From Ostreococcus lucimarinus (taxonomy: Eukaryota): a stretch of DNA of 64,000 bases. Numbering within the stretch: the first letter of the stretch is position 1; every line of letters starts with the position of its first letter. The notes beneath the pieces were generated by a model. The model worked only from the letters and a program-made list of their open reading frames with translations, was not told the DNA's origin and made no database searches. A program made the position numbers and the translations under genes. This document shows, piece after piece, positions 1-9,474 of this stretch. The DNA lies in assembly GCA_000092065.1 (NCBI GenBank), contig CP000582.1; one strand, 5' to 3'.

Positions 1-2755
1 TTCCGACCGACGCAGTATTCCAGGACGATATGGGTTGATTGAACGTGGACGCGCCGCTGAACATTCCAGCCATGTTCGTGACCGCGCGCGTATTCCACGT
101 CGATAGAGCACCGTTGAACAGATTTGCACTCGCAAACATGTTCTGCATATTCTTCACGTTGACCACGTCGAAGCCGCTCAAGTCACTCGGTGCGAACGCC
201 TTCGCCGACGAAAACATAGAACTCATGTCCGTCACCGAACTCGTCACCCAACCGCCAGCCGAACCGAGTCCCGGACGGTTGAAATCAAACGCGCTCTCGA
301 ACATAGAGCTCATATCTAGCACAGACGCCGTGTTCCAGCCCGAGATGTCCTCGTTAAACTTGAGCGCCAATTTGAAAGTGCCGGCCATATCGACGACGTT
401 CCTCGTGTTCCAAGCACCAATACCGGCGCCTGGGAAGTCGGATGCCATCTCAAACATGCTCGAAATATTTCCCACATTCACCATGTTCCAAGTGCCGACG
501 TTCTGTGTAAAAAAGTTGGCTTTATAAAACATTTGACTCATGTCCGTCACCAACGCCGTACTCCAGCTTCCGATCGCCTTGTTGAATCGGCTGGCGCCGG
601 CGAACATTCCAACCATTTTCGTCACCGCAGCCGTATTCCACGCCGAGATGTCCGCATTGAACGATTGCGCATCCTTGAACAATTCCGACATATCGGTGAT
701 GAGCGCGGTGTTCCACTGCGTAATATCGTCGTACACGGCAGGACCACAGTCCACCGGCGCACTGTCGCAATTGCACGCCCCGGAAGAGGAAGCGGCCAAG
801 CAACTGCTCACGGCGGCTTTCAGCTGACTCAAGGACGTGAACGGACCTGGGCTAACCCAAACAGAAGGCGGACCGTCGCGCGATGCGGAGAAATCAGGCT
901 GGCGGTACATCGTCAACCAAGCCGTGGCGGAACTGAACATGTTTGTCACGCCGGCGCCGGCGGGGACGGACCAGTTACGAATGCCGTCTTGCAAGAAAGC
1001 CGTCGCCCCTTGAAACATGCGCGTCATCGAAACCGCAGACGTCACGACCCACGAAGAAATATCTTGATTGAATGAAGGGTTACCCTCAAACATGTATTCA
1101 AAATCTTCAACTTTGGACACGTCCCACCCGCCAATCGATCCGTTGAAGGAAGTGCCCTGAAACATGTACGCCGTGCTGCGAACCTCACCAGTGTTCCAGA
1201 TGGTCAGGTTCAGTAAAGGCGCGTTGGTGCCCTGAAACATCGCATGCATGCCCGTGACTTTACTCGTGTCCCACGTGTTGAGGGGCTGATTGAAAGAGGT
1301 CGCGCTTTCAAACATGTACTCCATGTCCGTCACTTCCCCGGTGTCCCACTTGGTGATGTCCTGATTGAAACTCGTCGCCTGTTTAAACATCGAATTCATG
1401 TTCGTCACTCTCGCCGTGTTCCACGATTGTATATTTTGATTGAAGGCGGTCGCGCCTTGTAACATATTTCTCATGTTCGTGACCTTCTCCGTATTCCATG
1501 CCGTGATATCCGAATTGAAACTCCGCGCGCCATAAAAGGCTGATTCAAGGTTCGTCACTCGCCGCGTGTTCCATGCTCCGATGTTCTGATTGAACGCGGT
1601 AGCTTCTTCAAAAATAGCCTGCATGTCGAGCACGCTTTCCGTGTTCCAGCTTCCGATGTTCTGATTGAACGCAGACGCTCTATAAAACATGTACCTCATT
1701 TTCTGCACGTTGTTCGTGTTCCAAGAAGAGATGTCCTGATTGAACGCCGCGGCTTCTTGAAACATAAAGTTCATCCTCGTCACAAGAGCCGTATTCCACG
1801 CCGAGATGTCCGCGTTAAACGATGTCTTACCTCGAAAAACCTCCGATAAGTCCGTAAGTTGTTCAACGCGCCATAGACGTATCGGCGCGCCCTCGCCGCT
1901 TCCGCAGTCTACGCTCTGCAATTTGCAGTTGCACGCCCCAGAAGGCGAAGCGGCGAGACAGTTGTCCACCGCGGTTTTCAAGGCCGTTTTACTCGTAAAC
2001 GGCGACGGTCCCGTCCAGGCAGAGGCTGGTCCGGCCTTCAACGTCGTCCAATCGTTTCTGCGATACTTCTCAAGCCACTTGGTCGCGCCCTCGAACATAT
2101 CGTTGACATTATTGGTCCCACCGTGCGGCCAACCTGTGATATCTTGATCAAAATTCACGGCGTTTTTGAACATATCAGTGAACCAATTGATCGCGTTTGT
2201 GTTCCAACTAGAGATATCTTCATTGAACGACCTGGCGTTGTCAAACATACCCTCGCAATCAGTGACTTTGGTGACGTTCCAAGCGCCGATGCCCGCGCCG
2301 GTGAACGAACTCGCGCCTCTGAACATGTCCCACATTGTCACTTGCACATTTGACGCTGTGTTTATGGTCCATCCGCCCAGGTTGGCGTTGAATTGGTTTG
2401 TTCTGTACGGAATATTACCGAAACTTTGATCAGTGGCGTATTCAGAATCCGCGAAGACACCCTTGAAACTGACGACGTTCGACACGTCCCACGAGCTTAT
2501 AGGGGGAATGGCATAAGTAACGCCACCTATAGTCACTGTTCCACACGAAGCGCCGGTCGCATCGTGGGCTAAGCAGTGCTTTATCGTCGAGCACATATTG
2601 CATCCCGAGCTTGAATCCCGATTATGTTGCCCTGTGAACGCGCCCGTCGTACAGATGGTGGCGTTGTTGGGCGCGCACAGGACCTGCGCGTCGACGCCGA
2701 TCCATCGCGACCCGATCGCGACGACGACCATCGCCTCCACCATCATCCGCGCCAT
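1..2755 (-). CDS. Secreted DUF285-type (PF03382-like) repeat protein with Cys-rich linkers. N-terminus (signal peptide) is at about 2755; the C-terminus lies beyond the window start, so the CDS is partial.
   Basis: The minus-strand frame is open from the ATG at about 2755 to position 1 and was checked at several points. It begins MARMMVEAMVVVAIGSRWIGVDAQVLCAPNN (signal-peptide-like). It then carries more than 30 copies of a 26-28 aa unit F-x2-A-x2-FNQDIS-x-WNT-x2-VT-x-M-x2-MF. Two CLAASxSGACNC Cys-rich linkers split two large modules. The plus-strand track ORFs 39-2429 are antisense readings of the same periodic DNA. The ORF is absent from the track because it has no in-window stop. Confidence 0.6.
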   Translation of the reverse strand, partial: MARMMVEAMVVVAIGSRWIGVDAQVLCAPNNATICTTGAFTGQHNRDSSSGCNMCSTIKHCLAHDATGASCGTVTIGGVTYAIPPISSWDVSNVVSFKGVFADSEYATDQSFGNIPYRTNQFNANLGGWTINTASNVQVTMWDMFRGASSFTGAGIGAWNVTKVTDCEGMFDNARSFNEDISSWNTNAINWFTDMFKNAVNFDQDITGWPHGGTNNVNDMFEGATKWLEKYRRNDWTTLKAGPASAWTGPSPFTSKTALKTAVDNCLAASPSGACNCKLQSVDCGSGEGAPIRLWRVEQLTDLSEVFRGKTSFNADISAWNTALVTRMNFMFQEAAAFNQDISSWNTNNVQKMRYMFYRASAFNQNIGSWNTESVLDMQAIFEEATAFNQNIGAWNTRRVTNLESAFYGARSFNSDITAWNTEKVTNMRNMLQGATAFNQNIQSWNTARVTNMNSMFKQATSFNQDITKWDTGEVTDMEYMFESATSFNQPLNTWDTSKVTGMHAMFQGTNAPLLNLTIWNTGEVRSTAYMFQGTSFNGSIGGWDVSKVEDFEYMFEGNPSFNQDISSWVVTSAVSMTRMFQGATAFLQDGIRNWSVPAGAGVTNMFSSATAWLTMYRQPDFSASRDGPPSVWVSPGPFTSLSQLKAAVSSCLAASSSGACNCDSAPVDCGPAVYDDITQWNTALITDMSELFKDAQSFNADISAWNTAAVTKMVGMFAGASRFNKAIGSWSTALVTDMSQMFYKANFFTQNVGTWNMVNVGNISSMFEMASDFPGAGIGAWNTRNVVDMAGTFKLALKFNEDISGWNTASVLDMSSMFESAFDFNRPGLGSAGGWVTSSVTDMSSMFSSAKAFAPSDLSGFDVVNVKNMQNMFASANLFNGALSTWNTRAVTNMAGMFSGASTFNQPISSWNTASVG

Positions 2756-2796
2756 CGTCCGCGCGCGCGCGCGCCGTCCGATCCCGCCCCGCGCCG

Positions 2797-2833
<37 letters not shown>

Positions 2834-3400
2834 ATTCGCGCGGCCCGCGGCGACGTTCGAGTTCGACCCCGCGTCCGCGCGCCTCGCCGCGCCTCGCCGC
2901 GATCGCGCGTCGCGCGTCGCGCGCGCCTCGCCGCGCGCGCCTCGCCGCGTCCGCGTCCGCGTCCGCATCGTCGTCGGCGTCGCGCGCGCGCGTTTGACGC
3001 GCGCGGTCGTTCGTCCCCGTCGCCGACGAACGGTCGATTCTCTGCCAGAGAATCTCTGGATTTGATTTTTCATGGGATCGCGTGCGCGCGGATTACGTGA
3101 TCGACCGCGGTCGCGCGGTGTAAACAGGTGTTCGGACATTCGGTCACCCCGCGGACTGTTTGCCCAGTGCGATGCGCGTCGCGCGGCGTCGCGTCGCCCC
3201 GCGCGCGGCGCGCGGCGCGCGCGCGGCACGCGTCGACGCGACGCGCGCGCGCGATCGAGCGCGCGCGCGCACCGGCGACGGACGACGCGGCGACGAGGGC
3301 GCGCGAAGGCGCGAACGCGCGCGAGACGGCGAATTCACGGGCGCGGAATTCAGTTTGAATCGATCGCGCGCGCGACGGACGACGGACGACGGACGACGGC
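2756..3400. promoter_or_regulatory. Hyper-GC divergent intergenic region between the DUF285 gene (minus) and the lysine-rich gene (plus). It is built from (GTC)n and CG-rich direct repeats and is a probable bidirectional promoter or 5'UTR region.
   Basis: There is no ORF with GC3 bias or conserved motifs. It contains (GTC)11 at about 2798-2832 and tandem cgcgcctcgccgcg units at 2870-2960. It is flanked by two divergent start codons. Confidence 0.35.
2798..2832. repeat. (GTC)n trinucleotide microsatellite
   Basis: gtcgtcgtc... about 11 units, visible directly. Confidence 0.9.
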
Positions 3401-3925
3401 ATGCCGCCGAAGACGACGGCGACGGGGAAGAAACCGGCGGGGAAGGGGACGAAGAAACCGGCGGGGGTGAAGAAGCCGGCGGCGAAGAAGAAGAAAGCGG
3501 CGACGAAGAAGAAGAAGGCGGCGACGAAGAAGAAGGCGACGGCGAAGGCGGAGGCGCCGAAGAACGATTACGAATTGCACGGACAGAAGCGGGACGCGCC
3601 GGACGAGACGGATCCGTTGAGGAAGTTTTACGCGTCGTTGAGGCGACAGAATCCGAAGAGCGTGATGGCGGAGGTGTGGTTGATGGAGCACGGGTTGCTC
3701 GAGGACGCCGAGGCGCAGGCGGACGCGTACAAGCGGTTTTTGAAGAGTAAGGGGAGAGCGGTGCCGAAGCTTGCGGTGAAAAAGACGACCACGGTGAAGA
3801 AGGAACCGAAATCGGAGGTGAAGACGGAAGCGGTGAGTGAAGAACAGGTGAAACCGACGGTGGCGTTGGACGACGAGGACTCGGACTCGGACGTGCCGCT
3901 CGCGCGACGCGCTTCGCTGAAATAA
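3401..3925 (+). CDS. Lysine-rich basic protein with an H1/HMG-like K/A/P-rich N-terminal tail and a C-terminal acidic stretch. Probably a nuclear/chromatin protein.
   Basis: A true ATG is at 3401 and GC3 bias is strong. Sequence begins MPPKTTATGKKPAGKGTKKPAGVKKPAAKKKKAATKKKK, then DYELHGQKRDAPDETDPLRKFYASLRRQNPKSVMAEVWLMEHGLL. Confidence 0.5.
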   Translation: MPPKTTATGKKPAGKGTKKPAGVKKPAAKKKKAATKKKKAATKKKATAKAEAPKNDYELHGQKRDAPDETDPLRKFYASLRRQNPKSVMAEVWLMEHGLLEDAEAQADAYKRFLKSKGRAVPKLAVKKTTTVKKEPKSEVKTEAVSEEQVKPTVALDDEDSDSDVPLARRASLK

Positions 3926-4131
3926 AGACTCGAAGCGACGCCGTCGGCGATTCACCAGCGCACGACGACGCGTATTCGTATAGCCCTTAGTGCTCTTTTA
4001 ATCAATCGCGAGTTGTGGATTGATCGGTCGCGGTCGATGATCGCGGCGTCGCCGAGCTATTTCTGGATAGCGCTTTTTGTGGAAGCAGCACACCGCGGAG
4101 CCTCGAGGAGCGCTCGCGCGCGTGTCGCCCG

Positions 4132-4854
4132 ATGCCTCGCGAGGCGCGATATGACACCCTCTACCCCGTGTCCGCGCGTCAATACTACGATTTAATGCTC
4201 TCGAGCGCGTTTCAGCGCGACGTGCACGTCAATGGATTGGGCATGCGGGTCTGGGACAACGTCGACGAATACCCGCGACCGCGGCGATTACATCGTAAGG
4301 CGTACAGCGAACCGACGCTGCGATTGCCAAAATGGATGGCTCGATTCGCGCGCAAGTCGCAGGCGTACACGGAGTATTCGGAATTCGACCCGGAGACACT
4401 GTCGAGAACGACGCGCGTCGTCCCGACGTTGGGCGCGAACGTGATGGAGTTCACCGTGGAGGAGCGATACGTCGATCGCGAACCGAGTGCGAACTCAAAG
4501 ACGAAACGGGGTAAGCGGTCCACGACGGTCGAGCGTGCGGGCTGCGTGGTTATTTCAGTGGTGCGTATTCGATGCAAGGTGCGGTTGTTTCGTAACTTGT
4601 TTGAGCGATGGATTTTAGAACAAAGCGAACTCAAAGTGGCGCAGAGAGATGCGTACGTGTTGAACGCGTTGAAAGAAAACGCTTACGACGATCTGTTGGC
4701 TCGCGACGAGCTCGAGAAAGCTCAATCGCAACGTGACGCGATCGACGCGCACGCTTCGTCGCCGCTGACGTCGATTGCGCGCACCGCCACCGCATCTGCT
4801 GCTATCGTCGTGGTAAGGCTTCTCGTCGCGCGGCCCGGCCGCCGAAGCCGCTAA
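4132..4854 (+). CDS. Hypothetical protein. The 3' end is uncertain and a small 3' intron is possible.
   Basis: ATG at 4132, 240-aa ORF with diverse composition and moderate codon bias. The tail ...AAIVVVRLLVARPGRRSR looks like read-through into non-coding sequence. Confidence 0.35.
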   Translation: MPREARYDTLYPVSARQYYDLMLSSAFQRDVHVNGLGMRVWDNVDEYPRPRRLHRKAYSEPTLRLPKWMARFARKSQAYTEYSEFDPETLSRTTRVVPTLGANVMEFTVEERYVDREPSANSKTKRGKRSTTVERAGCVVISVVRIRCKVRLFRNLFERWILEQSELKVAQRDAYVLNALKENAYDDLLARDELEKAQSQRDAIDAHASSPLTSIARTATASAAIVVVRLLVARPGRRSR

Positions 4855-4890
4855 CTTCTATACCTATAGCGAATTAATTAATTCTAGTTT

Positions 4891-6165
4891 CTAGTGCTTT
4901 CTACTCATCCAAGCCGTGTACTTGTGCTCGACGACATTTACGAGAGGTTCGAGCTTTACGAGCGCGTTCGACTCCGTCGGTCCGACTACCTCAACAACGC
5001 CACAACGTCCGAAATGCTGCGCCAGACTCAAGCCGCTGAGACAATAACACGTGTGATAGTGATCTCGACCCGTTCCAGGCTTGTCGCGCAACCCGCCCGC
5101 ACCCTGTTCGGATTGGCAACAATCCAGAATCCACCCTTGCAGGGCGCCGTTCGCAAACGGAGCCGGCGCAGGGATCGACGACGGAAACTCTGCGGGCGTA
5201 AACAAAGTCGCCGCACACGCACCCATGGGACGAGCATTGAATGCGAAATCTCTTGGATCGATTTGAGAGCCTTCTGGTGTCACCACGTGTCGGCTTTGGT
5301 GAATAAACTGTTCGAGAAGGTGCGAGTTCGCGAGGGCCAACAGCGGAAAGCAACCACCTTGCCAGAACGAATAGCACCCATCAACGAGTTTGTTCGTTCG
5401 ACCATTAAACCCGCCCTCGATCTCTCCTTGCCTGTTCGCCAACCAGCGCTCGAGACTCGCTAGATCTAACGCCCCAATGTCGCCCGCCAACGCGCACGCC
5501 GCGAGCCCGCAAAACGTGTAACCGCCGTGCGCCTCCCCACGCGGCTCGCCACCGATACCACCCTCGTAACTCTGACAGCTCGCCACGAATGAGCTCACAC
5601 CACGCGTCAACTCTTCATCGAGGACTCCGCACAAGTGCGCGGTCGCCAACGCGGCGTAGCATCCTCGCGTATCGCTCTCGCCGCCTTCGTGCACGCGAAA
5701 GCCACCCGTGCGCGAATCCTTCAGAGACAACAAAAAAGCCCTCAAATCCGCCCCTACGATCGCCTCGCGCGCCTCATCGGTGCCGATCGTCACCAACGCG
5801 CACGTCGCCGCGTACGTCGTCGCGATGTGCGGCATCTGTCCCGGACCACCGCCGAAGCCAAAGCACGCGCGCTCGCCGCGTCGACTTCGGCAGCGCCTCA
5901 AAAACCGCACGACGTCCGACGCCAGCGCTTCATCGCGCTCGCGTAGGTCCACACCGAGGAGTGCGAGTCCGTGCACGCACCAGTACACGACCCACGCCCG
6001 CGAGGCGTCGAGCGAGGTGAAAGCGGTCGGGAGCGTTCTCAGGCCACCGAGCAAATACTCCACGTGTGCGTCCCTGGCGAGCGCGGACGCGCGATCGGGG
6101 CGCTCGTAGATGTCGCGCGCGATGTTTTCGAGGTTCAACACCGCCTCCGCGGATGCGGAGGTCAT
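4891..6165 (-). CDS. FNTB: Protein farnesyltransferase beta subunit (prenyltransferase alpha-alpha toroid repeats)
   Basis: Repeated GGFxGRxNKLVDGCYSFW-type toroid motifs. The C-terminal signature RDKPGTGRDHYHTCYCLSGLSLAQHFG matches FTase-beta (RDKPGKSRDFYHTCYCLSGLSIAQHFG). Confidence 0.85.
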   Translation of the reverse strand: MTSASAEAVLNLENIARDIYERPDRASALARDAHVEYLLGGLRTLPTAFTSLDASRAWVVYWCVHGLALLGVDLRERDEALASDVVRFLRRCRSRRGERACFGFGGGPGQMPHIATTYAATCALVTIGTDEAREAIVGADLRAFLLSLKDSRTGGFRVHEGGESDTRGCYAALATAHLCGVLDEELTRGVSSFVASCQSYEGGIGGEPRGEAHGGYTFCGLAACALAGDIGALDLASLERWLANRQGEIEGGFNGRTNKLVDGCYSFWQGGCFPLLALANSHLLEQFIHQSRHVVTPEGSQIDPRDFAFNARPMGACAATLFTPAEFPSSIPAPAPFANGALQGWILDCCQSEQGAGGLRDKPGTGRDHYHTCYCLSGLSLAQHFGRCGVVEVVGPTESNALVKLEPLVNVVEHKYTAWMSRKH

Positions 6166-6310
6166 GTCGCTCGAGCGATCGCTCTAGGGAGGCGAACTGT
6201 GGCGGCGGGACGCGGCGTACCAACCAACTCGTGCTAGAAATTAAATAAGCTATTACGCGTCGAGCAACGCGCGACAACGGACGCGAACGAAGTGTTACCG
6301 TGGGTGCGAC

Positions 6311-7258
6311 TCACAGTGGCTCAAGCAAGCGCTTCATCCACTCCACGCTCACGAACCGCACCATGTTGAGCGGTACCTGCCGAGCGGTGGTCGGGACGAG
6401 CCCCTTGTACACGGCGAACACGCCCTCGCGTCTGACCGTCTTCGCGATGCAATCTAACGTCCCAGAATACGGCATTTTACCGTGTTCGTCGGCTTTCATG
6501 CTCATCAAGCGCGACTTGGCGAGATCGATCGGGTTCGACGTCAGCGCGGCGACGACGCCGGCGCCAAACGACGCCCCGGTTTGCGCCAACAATCCATCGT
6601 TTAACGACGTGTGCTCGACGATGTAATGCTTGGCTTGATCGTACACCGCCATCTGACTCGCCGTGACGATCATCGCTCGATTCACCGTCGGCGCGCACCC
6701 TCGCCAGAGCGCTCCGACGCCTTCCTCTCTCGCCACTCGCATCAACGCGTCGGCGCCGTTGCGATAATTCCTTCGCAACTCCACCGGCAACCGTCCATCG
6801 GCCTGCATCCGCACCATGGCTAAGTCCGCTGGATTTCCAACCGCCGCGCCGATCGCGCCCGCGCCGATCCCACACATCGTCATCTTCCAAAACGGCAACT
6901 TTTCGTCGCCTTCGCTTCGCAGCGCCGCCTTGAGCGCGTCGTACGCCCCGAACTTGGTCCCTATGAACGACGCCTGTCGCATCAGCGACGCCGTGAGCCC
7001 TTTGTAAAGTCCGAGCGCACCTTCCACTCGCAGGACGTGCGCGAACGTGGACACCATCCCCGGCGCGCGCGTCGAGGCGCGCGAAGATGCGGCGGCCGCC
7101 GCTTTATCCACCTCGCCTCTGAGCTGCATGCGAACTTTGACGAGGTCTATCGGGTGCGTCACCGCGCCCGACGCCATGGCGCCCAAAGAGCCGCTCGCGA
7201 AGCCTTTCCACGCGGCGGGGCCGGAGGGCTGAGACAGTCCCGCGGCGTTTGTGCTCAT
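6311..7258 (-). CDS. Mitochondrial carrier family protein, 2-oxoglutarate/malate (dicarboxylate-tricarboxylate) carrier-like
   Basis: Three carrier repeats: PIDLVKVRMQL, PADLAMVRMQADGRLPVELRRNYRNGADALMRVAREEGVGALWRG (the OGC signature) and PIDLAKSRLMSM. Confidence 0.8.
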   Translation of the reverse strand: MSTNAAGLSQPSGPAAWKGFASGSLGAMASGAVTHPIDLVKVRMQLRGEVDKAAAAASSRASTRAPGMVSTFAHVLRVEGALGLYKGLTASLMRQASFIGTKFGAYDALKAALRSEGDEKLPFWKMTMCGIGAGAIGAAVGNPADLAMVRMQADGRLPVELRRNYRNGADALMRVAREEGVGALWRGCAPTVNRAMIVTASQMAVYDQAKHYIVEHTSLNDGLLAQTGASFGAGVVAALTSNPIDLAKSRLMSMKADEHGKMPYSGTLDCIAKTVRREGVFAVYKGLVPTTARQVPLNMVRFVSVEWMKRLLEPL

Positions 7259-7323
7259 CGCGCGTCGAAGTCTGGGACGGCTGAGGCGCGAGGCGCGAGT
7301 TACAAGGCAAACGTCGCCGCGGG

Positions 7324-8877
7324 CTAAGTCTTTCGTTCTATGGGCTTTTGATCGGCACCGCGGGCGTTCCAGAGTAATCCCTGCTTAACGGCGGCGAACC
7401 AATCGTTGTTTTCGCTGGCGTTGCACACGCTCGGGACGGGAAAACCGGCGACGCGCACGACGACGGCGTCGCCGCGGGCGAGCTCGGTTTGGAATTTGCC
7501 GTCGAACGCGGCCCAGGCGGTGTTGCGAGCGTCGCGCGGGCACGTGATGGTGACCACGACGGAGTCAGGCAGAACGATGGGGCGGAAAGAGAGGGAGTGC
7601 GGACAAATCGGGGTGACGCACAGCGCCGGTACGCCGGGATGCACCATGGAGCCGCCGGCGGCGAGCGAGTACGCCGTGCTCCCGGTGGGGGAGCTTAAAA
7701 TGACGCCATCAGCGGCGACTTTGGTGACGTGATAACCGTCGACTGCGATATCGAGCTCGACCATGACCGGCTTCGGACCGCGATCGATGAGAACTTCGTT
7801 TAGGACGTATCGCCACTGCGACGACACGCCTTCGGCTGAGACGACTTTAGCCACGAGTCGGCTTCGCATCGAGATCGTAAAATCTCCCTGCATCACGACA
7901 GCGAGTTTCTTCTCCATGTCATCCACCCTGTGCGACGTGAGAAATCCGAGCGAACCCATGGCGAAAGGCACCACGGGGGGCATCGCCTTCGGGAAATACT
8001 TTGATGCCCACAAAATCGTGCCGTCCCCGCCCAAGACGACGATGAAATCGATAATCTCATCCAGATGAAAGCTTGCATCGCCTGCATCCCAAGTCTGACA
8101 ATCACCCTGTAACTCGGCGAACTCATCCCACACCGCGCGTTCGAGCCAAGCGGTAACGCCCTTACTCTTCAGCACGCGCGTCGCGCGAATCATCATCTCC
8201 GCCGCCGCGGCGTCGTGAATCTTCTTCACCACAAGCGCATTCCTCGGCGCCTCGAGCCAGGAAAACTTACTGTGCGGCAAACCTTTCTGCTTCGTGCGGA
8301 TCTTTCTATCGAGCGGTTCCAGGACTTCCACTCCCTCGTCGTTCGCCAGCACCAACTCGAACGCCGCCTTGAGCGTCCCTCGCGCCTCCGCCGACGCCGA
8401 CGGCGGCGATTCGATCAACGACTGCGCGCTCGCCCGCCCTCGCCCACACGGCGGCTCTACGCCATCGTCCAATCCATCGCTATCGTCGTCGGCCTCGCCG
8501 CCGCCCGCGCTGCTCGTGAATCCTTCGCCTTGCTCGTCGCACTCGCGAACGACGAATTTGTGACTCTTCGTGCGGAAGCCAGCCAACCGCTTTTCCCTGG
8601 CGCTCGTCGTGAGCGACTCCGTGCTCTCGCTCCGGTGCACGCTGATTGGCTCGACGCCCTCGTCTTCGAAGCGCACGCCGCGCGCGCGCGACGACGGCGC
8701 CGAGGCGTCGACATCGGGACGATTACGCAGCGATTCGACCAAACGTTTGAGCTCGACGTTCTCGCGCTCGAGCGCGCGCGCGCGGTCCTCGGCGCGCGCG
8801 TCGTCGGCGTGGATAGTTTTTAGACGCTCGAGCGCGCGCTCGAGCGCGGGCACGTCGATCGGGTCGGCGCGGGACAT
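7324..8877 (-). CDS. NADK: NAD(H) kinase with a long coiled-coil/acidic N-terminal extension (plant NADK2-like)
   Basis: Motifs FIVVLGGDGTILWA (GGDG), NEVLIDRG (NE/D), SSPTGSTAYSLAAGG. The track ORF starts at a TTG at 8976. The first ATG (MSRADPIDVPALERALERL) is at about 8877. Confidence 0.8.
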   Translation of the reverse strand: MSRADPIDVPALERALERLKTIHADDARAEDRARALERENVELKRLVESLRNRPDVDASAPSSRARGVRFEDEGVEPISVHRSESTESLTTSAREKRLAGFRTKSHKFVVRECDEQGEGFTSSAGGGEADDDSDGLDDGVEPPCGRGRASAQSLIESPPSASAEARGTLKAAFELVLANDEGVEVLEPLDRKIRTKQKGLPHSKFSWLEAPRNALVVKKIHDAAAAEMMIRATRVLKSKGVTAWLERAVWDEFAELQGDCQTWDAGDASFHLDEIIDFIVVLGGDGTILWASKYFPKAMPPVVPFAMGSLGFLTSHRVDDMEKKLAVVMQGDFTISMRSRLVAKVVSAEGVSSQWRYVLNEVLIDRGPKPVMVELDIAVDGYHVTKVAADGVILSSPTGSTAYSLAAGGSMVHPGVPALCVTPICPHSLSFRPIVLPDSVVVTITCPRDARNTAWAAFDGKFQTELARGDAVVVRVAGFPVPSVCNASENNDWFAAVKQGLLWNARGADQKPIERKT

Positions 8878-8997
8878 CGCGCGAGGCGCGCAGTGCGTTC
8901 GAAGCCGACCCGCCGCGCGCGCTCGCCAATCTTCATAAAACGAATGAAACGACCATCGTCTCGCATCACAATTCAAATCAATCGGCGTTCGTCGAGG

Positions 8998-9324
8998 CTA
9001 CAGCTCATCGTCCTCGTCGAAGGCGTTTCGACGACGATCAAAGTTAATTTTACCCACGCGTCCGCTCGCCGCGCCGCTCGCGCCGCCAGCCGCGTTTTCC
9101 AACATTCCAATCAACGCCTGTTCGCTCACCCTGCGCACGCGTCCCGCCCGCGCGGCGCGAAGTATGCTCTCCTCGAGCGCTCGCGCTTTTTCCGGCTTCA
9201 CGATCGCTATTCGGCTCAGTCGCTCTCTCGCCGCGGGTTCGAGCGCGCTCGCGAGCGCCGCGCCGCGTCGCGCCTCGTCCTCCCTCGCGCGCGCCTCCGC
9301 GTTCGCCGTCTCCTCCGCGTTCAC
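8998..9324 (-). CDS. PDCD5: Programmed cell death protein 5 (PDCD5/TFAR19, dsDNA-binding domain)
   Basis: ARERLSRIAIVKPEKARALEESILRAARAGRV...VSEQALIGML...KINFDRRRNAFDEDDE aligns with PDCD5 ([32 protein letters not shown]...VSEQGLIEIL...KFNRRKVMDSDEDDD). It sits inside a spurious 530-aa R-rich antisense track ORF. Confidence 0.75.
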   Translation of the reverse strand: MNAEETANAEARAREDEARRGAALASALEPAARERLSRIAIVKPEKARALEESILRAARAGRVRRVSEQALIGMLENAAGGASGAASGRVGKINFDRRRNAFDEDDEL

Positions 9325-9350
9325 GACGCCGTCGCCGTCCGCGTCCGCCT

Positions 9351-9412
9351 GTCGTCGTCGTCGTCGTCGTCGTCGTCAGTCTCGCGGTTTCGTCGTCGGC
9401 GTCCGTCGCGCG

Positions 9413-9445
<33 letters not shown>

Positions 9446-9474
9446 GTCAAAGTCGCGGTTTCGTCGTCGTCGTC
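9351..9474. repeat. Cluster of (GTC)n / (GAC)n microsatellites in the GC-rich spacer upstream of PDCD5
   Basis: Runs of gtcgtcgtc at 9351-9376, 9421-9443 and 9461-9474. An adjacent 20-nt direct repeat gcgcgggctcgcgtcgcgtc occurs twice at about 9487-9526. Confidence 0.8.

Noticed and set aside
39-2429. Series of plus-strand ORFs (162, 95, 72, 113, 87 aa) with oddly repetitive sequences (LNIPAMFVTARVFHV...)
   Set aside because: They are the reverse-complement reading of the DUF285 repeat array. The minus frame carries the canonical FNQDISxWNT...VTxMxxMF repeat, a signal peptide and no stops.
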